Shown here in pieces: positions 28,197 to 36,051 of a stretch of 64,000 nucleotides of DNA. Under the pieces are notes generated by a model. The model worked only from the letters and a program-made list of their open reading frames with translations. It was not told the DNA's origin and ran no database searches. This DNA comes from Acidobacteriota bacterium. Its GTDB lineage: Bacteria; Acidobacteriota; UBA890; WLXD01. The position numbers were made by a program, and so were the translations under genes. Numbering within the stretch: position 1 is the first letter of the stretch; the number at the start of each line of letters is the position of its first letter. The stretch lies in assembly GCA_965205505.1 (NCBI GenBank), contig CBDBHB010000009.1, positions 512,001-576,000 of the forward strand, written 5' to 3'.

Positions 28197-28326
28197 GCGC
28201 GGCAGTCTACCGAATGCGGCTGGCGGCGACTGGCGAGCGAAGAGCGCGCAACCGGCACTATGCCGTGTCCACGAGCACCTGTAGCATCGCTCACCTGGCC
28301 AGCCCCGCCGCTCTTGCGAGAATGCC

Positions 28327-29286
28327 GTGAAGTCACTGATCCTGACCCAGTCCGATATTCACTCCGTGGTGAAGATGAGCGCCGTAGTGCCCGCGATCGA
28401 GGCAGCGTTCGAAGCGCACGGGCGCGGCGAAACGCAAATGCCGGTCAAGGTCTACCTCGATCTACCTGAGTACCACGGCGACTTCCGGGCCATGCCCGCC
28501 TACCTGGACGGATCGGCGGGGGTGAAGTGGGTCAACTCGCACCCGCGGAACCCGGAGGACCACGGGTTGCCATCGGTTCTCGGCATGTACATTCTCAGCG
28601 ACCCGTCCACTGCTGTGCCGTTGGCGGTCATGGATGCAACGCTGCTGACCGCGCTGCGCACCGGCGCGGCTGCGGCTGTCGCCGCCAAGCACCTGGCGCG
28701 GCCGGATGCCCGCACCGTCGGCTTCGTCGGCTGTGGCGTGCAGGCGCGTGCGCTGCTCGACGCACTACGCGTTGTTTTCGGCAATCTACAGATCGTGGCT
28801 GCCGATCAACACCCCGACGCGGCTGCTACTTTTGCCGCTGAGATTGGCGGAACTGTCGGCGACGTGGCGGATGCGTCAGGCTGCGACATCGTCTGCACCG
28901 CAACCCCTTCGCGCACACCGATCGTGCGTCACGAGTGGGTTAAGCCGGGCACACACATCAATGCCGTGGGTGCCGATGCGCACGGCAAACAGGAGCTCGA
29001 GTCGAGCCTGATGACGGCCGCCAAGGTGGTCATTGACGACTGGCAGCAGGCCTGTGAGAGCGGCGAGGTGAACGTGCCCTTGCACGAAGGCTCGCTTGCT
29101 CGAGACGACATTCACGCCGCCCTGGGGGAGATTGTTGCGGGGTTGGCGCCGGGCCGCGAGACGGATGACGAGATTACGGTATTCGATTCCACCGGGCTCG
29201 CCGTGCAAGACGTCGCGTTGGCACGCCTGGTATACGAACAAGCCCGCGCCGCCGAGGTCGGTCTGGAGGTCGATTTTCTCGGCTAA
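28327..29286 (+). CDS. Ornithine cyclodeaminase/mu-crystallin family; archaeal-type alanine dehydrogenase-like
   Basis: MPVKVYL, GDFRAMPAY, GVKWVNSHP, RTGAA, GCGVQA, FDSTGLAVQD. Confidence 0.88.
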   Translation: MKSLILTQSDIHSVVKMSAVVPAIEAAFEAHGRGETQMPVKVYLDLPEYHGDFRAMPAYLDGSAGVKWVNSHPRNPEDHGLPSVLGMYILSDPSTAVPLAVMDATLLTALRTGAAAAVAAKHLARPDARTVGFVGCGVQARALLDALRVVFGNLQIVAADQHPDAAATFAAEIGGTVGDVADASGCDIVCTATPSRTPIVRHEWVKPGTHINAVGADAHGKQELESSLMTAAKVVIDDWQQACESGEVNVPLHEGSLARDDIHAALGEIVAGLAPGRETDDEITVFDSTGLAVQDVALARLVYEQARAAEVGLEVDFLG

Positions 29287-29310
29287 CAGGCCGTGGTGAA
29301 AGTGTGGTGG
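29283..29310. repeat. Degenerate family B repeat
   Basis: CTAACAGGCCGTGGTGAAAGTGTGG versus CTAGCAGGCCGTGGTGGAAGTGTGG at 4636; overlaps the TAA stop. Confidence 0.55.
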
Positions 29311-29361
29311 GGGCCGGCCGTACAGGTGGACCCGGCGCGTACCCATACGAGTGAAGGAGCG

Positions 29362-30492
29362 ATGGCCATGAAAACGCGCGGATTTCAACCGACCAGCCGG
29401 TGGTTTGCCCTGTTGCTGCTCGTCGCCACGGCATGCGGGCCGACGACCGTCGCTGCTCCGGCAGCGATGCAGTACGCGCAGCTGCATCACTCCGAGTACG
29501 GAGCCGCCATCGAGGCTGCGCGCGCTGTTGTTCAGGAGCGCCTGCTCGAGTACCCCGGACTGTCGATCGCCGTTGGAATCGACGACCGGATCGTCTGGGC
29601 AGAGGGATTCGGCTGGGCCGATATCGAGCAGCGTGTTCCGGTGCGACCCACGTCTCGGTTTCGCGTCGGCAGCGTCGCCAAGCCGATGACCGCGTCGCTT
29701 CTCGGCCTGCTCTACGAGGAAGGCAAGATCGATCTCGACGCGCCGGTGCAGACGTACGTGCGGACGTTTCCAGAGAAGAGCCACCCGATCTCTACGCGCC
29801 TGCTCGCCGAGCACCTGGCCGGCATTCGCGACTACGAAGGCGACGAGTTCCTCAGTGCCGTTCGCTACGACACCGTGTCGGATGGGCTGGAAATCTTCGC
29901 TGCCGACCCGTTGCGGTTCGAGCCGAGCACCGAGTACTTGTACTCGAGCTACGGATGGAACCTGATCAGCGCCATCATCGAGGGTGAGAGCGGCGAGGAG
30001 TTTCTATCGCAAATGCAGAGCCGCGTATTCGAGCCGCTCGGCATGCTCGACACAACTTCGGATCAGAATGCCTTGATTGTCCGCGAGCGGGTACGACCTT
30101 ATGAGCGCGGGGATGACGGACTCCTGTACAACGCCCCTCATGTCGACAACAGCTACAAGTGGGCCGGCGGGGGCTTTCTCTCTACTGCACAGGACCTCGT
30201 GCGCTTCGGTATGGCGCACATGAAGCCCGGCTTCTTGCAGATGGCGACCCTGCAGGAGTGGCAGACGTCGCAGCGAACGAACGATGGCGTGGAGACCGGC
30301 TACGGAATGGGTTGGAGCGTTGGCACGGACGCGTCGGGCCGCCGAAGCGTCGGTCACGGCGGCGGCTCGGTGGGTGGAACCACCGGGCTCATGCTGCTGC
30401 CGGATGACTGCTTGGTGATTGCCATCACCAGCAACATGAGCGGCGCGCCAGGTTTTCCCACTCAGGAAATCGTCGATCTGTTCCTGCAGTAG
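29362..30492 (+). CDS. Serine hydrolase (beta-lactamase/AmpC-like family), probable lipoprotein
   Basis: SVAK (SxxK), YSS, HGG; lipobox VATAC; GAAGGAG SD. Confidence 0.9.
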   Translation: MAMKTRGFQPTSRWFALLLLVATACGPTTVAAPAAMQYAQLHHSEYGAAIEAARAVVQERLLEYPGLSIAVGIDDRIVWAEGFGWADIEQRVPVRPTSRFRVGSVAKPMTASLLGLLYEEGKIDLDAPVQTYVRTFPEKSHPISTRLLAEHLAGIRDYEGDEFLSAVRYDTVSDGLEIFAADPLRFEPSTEYLYSSYGWNLISAIIEGESGEEFLSQMQSRVFEPLGMLDTTSDQNALIVRERVRPYERGDDGLLYNAPHVDNSYKWAGGGFLSTAQDLVRFGMAHMKPGFLQMATLQEWQTSQRTNDGVETGYGMGWSVGTDASGRRSVGHGGGSVGGTTGLMLLPDDCLVIAITSNMSGAPGFPTQEIVDLFLQ

Positions 30493-30544
30493 CCGCCGCG
30501 ATCATGGCTGATCCCGAGGTCGGCTACGTCGTTCCGGCAGAAAA

Positions 30545-30602
30545 TGCTGGAAAAACAGCAAATGCTCTTGATCGTCTCCGCGAAAATGCTAGATTTGCAG
30601 CA
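30545..30602 (+). promoter_or_regulatory. Promoter with two TGCT-N8-AGCA boxes (putative BlaI operators)
   Basis: TGCTGGAAAAACAGCA at 30545-30560 and TGCTAGATTTGCAGCA at 30587-30602; -35 TTGATC at 30568 and extended -10 TGcTAGATT. Confidence 0.65.
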
Positions 30603-30644
30603 GTTTCAGCGCGCCATCGAGCGCGCACCCGCCCGATTCCCCTC

Positions 30645-31043
30645 GTGGCTTTCAGCGTGGCCGGCCGATCTCACGACCATTTGACGCGGCGCGAGCGTCA
30701 GATCATGGACGTCGTCTTTCGAACGGGGAGCGCCACGGCCGCGGAGATCCACGCGGAGATGCCGGATCCGCCGAGCTACTCTGCCGTGCGCGCCGCCCTT
30801 CGGGTGCTCGAGCAGAAGGGGCACCTGCGCCACGAACGTCGCAGTCATCACTACGTGTTCTGGCCAACCGTCTCGCGGCGCTCGGCGCAGCAGGATGCGG
30901 CACGCCGGCTGCTGACGACGTTCTTCGAGGGTTCCGCGAGCGGTGCGGTGGCGGCGCTGCTCGAGTGTGCCGACGATCTCCCTGACGAGGAGATCGAGGA
31001 ACTGCGAAAGATGATCGCCGTGGCGCGGCGCGAGGGTCGCTGA
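30645..31043 (+). CDS. BlaI/MecI/CopY family repressor; start approximate
   Basis: LTRRERQIMD, PPSYSAVRAALRVLEQKG, TFFEGS. Confidence 0.9.
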   Translation: MAFSVAGRSHDHLTRRERQIMDVVFRTGSATAAEIHAEMPDPPSYSAVRAALRVLEQKGHLRHERRSHHYVFWPTVSRRSAQQDAARRLLTTFFEGSASGAVAALLECADDLPDEEIEELRKMIAVARREGR

Positions 31044-31044
31044 G

Positions 31045-32916
31045 ATGTTCCTGCTGGCCGATCTGACCGTCAAGGCAACGGTGGTGCTGGCTACCACTGC
31101 TGGTATCGTCTGGGCGATGCGTCGCAGCTCGTCCGGAGCCCGAGCTTTGGTCTGGAGCTGCGGGATCGTGGCGGTACTGGCGCTGCCGGTGGTGTCGGCG
31201 CTGGTTCCAGCCTGGCAGATTCCGCTGCTCCCGGCGTCGGCGATCGCGAGCCCGTCAGCCGGCCCACTGGCGGCAGTGCCGCCCGGGGAGGCATCGCGCT
31301 TGCAGAAGCCTCCCGAGCTGTTGAGGGCGACGCTACATGGTGCCGGCGAAGCGCTTCGGCCCGATACCCCATCGGAGCCCGCACGGCGCGCCGCACTGAT
31401 TGGCCTGCGTGCTACCGGCGTGGACGGAGCACCGCCAACCGAGGGTGAGCAGGCACATCGCGGAGAGCTCCTTCTGGTGGCGTGGGCCACCGGCGCCGTA
31501 CTGCTGCTTGGGCAGCTGCTTGCTGGGCTCGCTCGAGTCGCCTGGATCGATCGCCGGGCTTGCCCGGTGACCAACGGGCCACTCCACTCGCGTCTGCGCA
31601 GTGCGGCGCGGCGCCTCGGCATCCGGCAGCGCGTGATCTTGCTCGAGAGCGACGCGATCGCGGTACCGGTGACCTGGCAGCTATTCCATCCGCGTGTGCT
31701 CGTGCCGCGTGGAATGCAGAGCTGGTCCGCGGACTGTCAGACCGCTGTGCTGTTGCACGAGCTCGCGCACGTGCGTCGCCGCGACTACGGCACGCAGCTG
31801 GCCGCGCATCTTGCCGTCACGCTCTACTGGTTCAACCCCTTGGTCTGGCTGGCGCGCCGCGGCCTGTACAGCGAGCGCGAGCACGCCTGCGACGACGCCG
31901 TGCTACACGCCGGTGTCAGACCGTCGACGTACGCCGCCCATCTTGTCGAGGTGGCGCGGTCGGTGCGACAGGACCCGCAGCCGAGCGTCGCCATCGCGCT
32001 GATGCGCTCCAGCCGCTTACACCAACGTGTACAAGCAATTCTCGACCCCGCCACCGGCAGAACCTCCCCGAACCGGAGAACCATCGTGTCCTTTGCATCT
32101 GTGGCCCTTGCCTTGGTCATCCCGCTCGCTGCGCTACAGCCCATGCCACTCGAGGCCGGGGCATCGCCGCGAGCAGAAACGCCCACGATGGCCCCGGTCC
32201 CGGCGACCCCGGTGCAGCAGCCGGATCCCACGCTCGAGCAGCTGATCAAGATGCGAATCCACGGCATCAGTCCGGGTTTCATCGAGGAGATGAGCGACGT
32301 GTTCGGGCCCGGATTGGACATCGAGCAGCTCGTGAAGCTGCGTATTCATGGTGTCTCGGGAGAGTTTGCGCGCGACATGCGGAGTGCCTTCGGCGCCGAC
32401 ATGCAGATGCAAGACTTGATCACCGCGCGCATTCACGGCGTTTCGGCGGAGTTCGCCGGAGGCATGTCGACGCTGCTTGGAGAAGCGCTCGATTTCGAGC
32501 AGCTCAAGACAATGCGCATTCACGGAGTAAGTGCCGAGCTCGTCGACGAGATGAACGACGTGTTCGGCACCCAGCTCGATGTCGACGACCTCGTCAAGCT
32601 GCGTATTCACGGCGTATCGGGCTCCTACGCGCGCGCTATGCGCAGCGCGTTCGGGGAGGACCTTCAGCTCGAACACCTCGTTGCAGCTCGCATTCACGGG
32701 ATTTCCCCCGAATACGCCGCGGCCATGTCGTCGTCGCTCGCCGAGGACCTGTCGTTCGACACGCTCAAGCGCCTGCGGATTCATGGTGTCAGCACCGAGC
32801 TGCTCCAGGAGCTACGCGACGCCGGTTACGACAACCTCACGGCCAAGGACCTCATCGATATCAGAACTCACGGCATGGAGCGCATCCTCCTCAAGCGCAA
32901 CGGAGACCAGCAATGA
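31045..32916 (+). CDS. M56 (BlaR1-like) metallopeptidase with C-terminal 29-aa repeats
   Basis: LLHELAHVRRRD, WFNPLVW, EHACDD, TM helices; 8 repeats of the R(I/T)HG unit. Confidence 0.9.
   Translation: MFLLADLTVKATVVLATTAGIVWAMRRSSSGARALVWSCGIVAVLALPVVSALVPAWQIPLLPASAIASPSAGPLAAVPPGEASRLQKPPELLRATLHGAGEALRPDTPSEPARRAALIGLRATGVDGAPPTEGEQAHRGELLLVAWATGAVLLLGQLLAGLARVAWIDRRACPVTNGPLHSRLRSAARRLGIRQRVILLESDAIAVPVTWQLFHPRVLVPRGMQSWSADCQTAVLLHELAHVRRRDYGTQLAAHLAVTLYWFNPLVWLARRGLYSEREHACDDAVLHAGVRPSTYAAHLVEVARSVRQDPQPSVAIALMRSSRLHQRVQAILDPATGRTSPNRRTIVSFASVALALVIPLAALQPMPLEAGASPRAETPTMAPVPATPVQQPDPTLEQLIKMRIHGISPGFIEEMSDVFGPGLDIEQLVKLRIHGVSGEFARDMRSAFGADMQMQDLITARIHGVSAEFAGGMSTLLGEALDFEQLKTMRIHGVSAELVDEMNDVFGTQLDVDDLVKLRIHGVSGSYARAMRSAFGEDLQLEHLVAARIHGISPEYAAAMSSSLAEDLSFDTLKRLRIHGVSTELLQELRDAGYDNLTAKDLIDIRTHGMERILLKRNGDQQ
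32230..32875 (+). repeat. Intragenic 87-nt (29-aa) tandem repeat, about 8 units
   Basis: L..L.K/A.RIHG(V/I)S..F...M...FG recurring every 29 aa. Confidence 0.85.
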
Positions 32917-33587
32917 TGGCGCAGCGCATGCTGCTGGGTGTTGGGGTCGTCGCCCTCACGACGGCCCTGGTCGTGCCCGGAGTCGCCCGGGCGCAGGAGA
33001 TCAGCGGTATCTGGGAGTCTCGTTCCTGGGGCGGCGATGGCGATGCTGACCGGGCTCCGCGGGTGCATTTGAACCTCAAGCTCGATCGCCAGCGGGACCA
33101 CGGCAGCTGGCAGATGGGCTTCGGTATCGAGGTCGCCGAGCTCAGCGGTGTTTCGCTGTCACAGCTTCGTGGCTCGGCGAGCGACGTCAGCTTCCGTCTG
33201 GTGCGCGAGGCGGGCGCAGTCTCGTTCGAGGGCGATATCCGCGACGGTCGCGGCACCGGCTTCTTCAGCTTCATCGCCGATGCGGCATACGTGCGCCGCA
33301 TGGCGGAGCTCGGATATGCGGGTCTGTCCGACGAGCGGCTGTTTCTCTTCGTCACCCAGGACGTCACCACCGAGTACGTCGTGGCGCTGCGCGCCCTCGG
33401 CTACGCCGATTTGCCGGAGGAGGATCTGGTGAAGTTCGCTATTCACGGCGTGTCCGCGGACTTCATCCGCGGCATGAACAGCCTCGGCTACACCGGCATT
33501 CCGGTCGAACAGCTGGTGACGCTGCGTATCCACGGCGTCGGCCCGGACTACGTGCGCCGCGTGCGCGAGGCACTCGGAGTGCGCTGA
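32913..33587 (+). CDS. Secreted protein with C-terminal RIHG-type repeats
   Basis: ATGA overlap with the M56 gene; signal peptide ending ARA-Q; LVKFAIHGVS and LVTLRIHGVG repeats. Confidence 0.8.
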   Translation: MMAQRMLLGVGVVALTTALVVPGVARAQEISGIWESRSWGGDGDADRAPRVHLNLKLDRQRDHGSWQMGFGIEVAELSGVSLSQLRGSASDVSFRLVREAGAVSFEGDIRDGRGTGFFSFIADAAYVRRMAELGYAGLSDERLFLFVTQDVTTEYVVALRALGYADLPEEDLVKFAIHGVSADFIRGMNSLGYTGIPVEQLVTLRIHGVGPDYVRRVREALGVR

Positions 33588-33611
33588 TAGTCGTTGGACG
33601 ACTTTGAGTGG

Positions 33612-33768
33612 AGCTCGGCGGGGCAGACACGCACACCCCCCTTGTGCAACGAGCGGCGTCTGTAGTTGATGGGTGTTCGTGCTGGCGCGTCTTGGGCGTC
33701 GATAGTCGAGCGCCAGTGGTGGCGAGGTTGCCGGCGGGGGGTGTGCGTGTCTGCCCCGCCGCCGAGCT
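33612..33768. repeat. Long inverted repeat with 26-bp perfect arms (REPIN/MITE-like)
   Basis: CGGCGGGGCAGACACGCACACCCCCC at 33616-33641 and its reverse complement at 33736-33761. Confidence 0.85.
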
Positions 33769-33957
33769 ATCGAGGTGGTCAGACGGCAGCGTGCGCAACC
33801 GTTGCTCGGGTGAGGCGTTGACCCAGTCGATCGTGACGGCCTAGGTGGAGACGTAGCATCGAGGTCGCGGGGCTCGTTGAAATCCCGACCGCTGCGCGGT
33901 CGACTCGTTGTCGCTGACGACGGCGACGCCAGAAACTCGATGGTCGCATAGGGCGGT

Positions 33958-34087
33958 GGCGGTGTGGTACCCGCCGTAGACAGCCTCACCAAACCCCACG
34001 CCCGTCAACCTGCACCCAACACGTGCGAGCAGCAAACGCTCATCGAGCACCAAGCGGTGACGCTGTCCGAGGCGGGTGCCACACCGC
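33958..34087. repeat. Second long imperfect inverted repeat (~33-bp arms)
   Basis: GGCGGTGTGGTACCCGCCGTAGACAGCCTCACC pairs with ~34056-34087 with about 5 mismatches. Confidence 0.75.
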
Positions 34088-34107
34088 CAGCGGCGTTAGC
34101 GGGTCGA

Positions 34108-34902
34108 TCAGGAAGCCCGGCGGAGTTTGATGTCTCCGTTCATCGTGGATAACGAGATCGAGCGCCCTCCGGAGCCGATCGTGCCGCTCGCCTTGTTGCG
34201 GATCCAGCCTGACTTCTCCAACGGCCAGTCAGACTCGACACTGCCGTTCATGGTCGAGGCGCTCACGTCGGCGTTCGCACCGACCGGCAGCACCACCTCG
34301 ATGGCCCCGTTCATCGACTTCAGCTCGAGATCTCCCGACCAGTCGGTCGAACCGATGCGTGCCCACACCTCGCCGTTCATCGTCGAGGCGCGCGCCCAGC
34401 CCGTCGTCCATACCTCGATGGCACCGTTCATCGTCAGCAACTCGACGTCACTGCGCAGGTTGTCGGCGCCGATGTGGCCATTCATCGTCTCGCCGACGAA
34501 CCGTACTCCGGCCGGGACGCGCACGGTGAAGGTCACCTTGGTCTTGTTCTTGTTGCTGCTCATGTGCCCCGAGTCGGGCTCGCAGTCGTTACTCGACCAC
34601 AGTCGCCCTGGATAGATCGAGCAGATGGTCATGCCATCGTCGTGCTCGACGACCTCGAAGGTAACCTCGTCTCGGTCATCGGCGGGCCCCTCCTTAACGG
34701 CCTTTACCTCGACGCGGTCGCCGTCGCTGTATTCGGCTATCAACGGGCCGTTGGCGTTCTTGATCTGCAGCGTCTTGCCTTGGGCGACACTGCCCGACCA
34801 GCTGAATTCGTCGTCGTTCTGGACGGCGGCCGGGCCCATGCCGGTCAACAGAACGGCGGCAAAGCCGGTCGCCAAGGCGAGTCGAAGGCGAGTGCTCATC
34901 AC
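34108..34902 (-). CDS. DUF4097 beta-strand repeat secreted protein
   Basis: Signal peptide; repeated (S/T)MNG motifs; AAGGAG SD. Confidence 0.85.
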   Translation of the reverse strand: MMSTRLRLALATGFAAVLLTGMGPAAVQNDDEFSWSGSVAQGKTLQIKNANGPLIAEYSDGDRVEVKAVKEGPADDRDEVTFEVVEHDDGMTICSIYPGRLWSSNDCEPDSGHMSSNKNKTKVTFTVRVPAGVRFVGETMNGHIGADNLRSDVELLTMNGAIEVWTTGWARASTMNGEVWARIGSTDWSGDLELKSMNGAIEVVLPVGANADVSASTMNGSVESDWPLEKSGWIRNKASGTIGSGGRSISLSTMNGDIKLRRAS

Positions 34903-35081
34903 GGGGCGCTGCTCCTTACGAGGGGATTGCTGATCGTAGGACGTGGGGCCTCCACGGGTGGTCGGAGACTCTTGCTCTGCCCTTCTCTACGGTTGGACGC
35001 CACCCGAAGTTGCGCGGTTGCCACATCAACGCGATAACGAGTGCGACGCCCACGACCAATTCGGGCTCTCGGGGTTCCGTC

Positions 35082-35501
35082 CTATGTCGCTCGAGCGCGG
35101 ATCTGATCGACGAAGAGATGGGCTTTCGACGTCGAGAACCTGCATTCGACTTTTCCCGACGCGTCGTCGTCGAACGCCGCTGCTTCAAACGCCACGAGTA
35201 GCCTGGCGTTGCCCTCGAGCTCGCAGCGGAGCTTCTCCAGCACTTCGGCTTTCAGTGGGATGTTGACGATCGGCTTGGAGAACGTGAACGCCGCGAAACG
35301 CTCTTGCGTGACCACCAGGGAGCCGACGAACCAGCTAGCCCGATAGAGGGAGCGTTTGCCGGGTGCACGAAAGTTCCGATAGGTAACCCAGCCGCTGACG
35401 CCCTCCTCCATCAACACCAGCCCCTCCTCACGCAGCACCGGCAGCAGGGCCGCCGGCACGCTGCCGATTCCGAACAGCCGGTGGAGGAAGCTCTTCGCCA
35501 C
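35082..35501 (-). CDS. Hypothetical protein
   Basis: 139-aa ORF with coding-like codon usage; YRNFRAPGKR. Confidence 0.65.
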   Translation of the reverse strand: MAKSFLHRLFGIGSVPAALLPVLREEGLVLMEEGVSGWVTYRNFRAPGKRSLYRASWFVGSLVVTQERFAAFTFSKPIVNIPLKAEVLEKLRCELEGNARLLVAFEAAAFDDDASGKVECRFSTSKAHLFVDQIRARAT

Positions 35502-35550
35502 TGCTCTGATCGCCTCGAGCGGTCAGGCTGGCAGGCCGGCCGCGGTTGAT

Positions 35551-35889
35551 CTATTGAATCTCACTCAAGAAGCCTCTGACCGCTTCGTGAAACGCACTGG
35601 GCTGCTCGATGAACTGGAAGTGCCCGGCTTCCGGGATCAGCGTGAGCCGTGATCCCGGCATGCTGTCGTGCAGTGCCTTTCCACCGAGCTCCACCGCCGG
35701 CTCGTCGGCCCCGTAAAGGATCAGCGTCGGTACCGACACCTCTGCGAGGCGCTCATGGAGGTCGAAGCTCGTCAGGTCCACCATCATTGCACCGAACTGC
35801 TCGCTGCGCAGCGAGTAGTCGTCGGGAACGTATAGGTCGAGCTCGGCGAGTCGTTCCGGATCGTGGAACTGCGGCCTGAACGACAGGCG
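35551..35889 (-). pseudogene. C-terminal remnant of an alpha/beta hydrolase
   Basis: Open frame RLSFRPQF...VPTLILYGADE...EAGHFQFIEQP; no nucleophile elbow; in-frame TGA upstream at ~35905. Confidence 0.65.
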
Positions 35890-36051
35890 TGCCCGGCGAC
35901 AGCTTCATGATCGGTGCTTCCTTCAAGGCCAAGAAGGTCGGCAGCGCCAGCGGCCTGCTAGCGGTCCTGAGAGGCGAAAGAGCTCGGCCGATAAGGTACC
36001 TCCGGTCATACGTCATTCCGCGCAGGAAGTAGTGGCGACCACCGGCGAAAG

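Noticed and set aside
32230-32875. Periodic ATTCACGG-like repeats as a possible CRISPR array
   Set aside because: 87-nt period, in frame, degenerate at third codon positions, no cas genes: a protein repeat
31482-33587. 701-aa ORF
   Set aside because: The first ~477 codons are an off-frame shadow of the M56 gene; the real start is 32913
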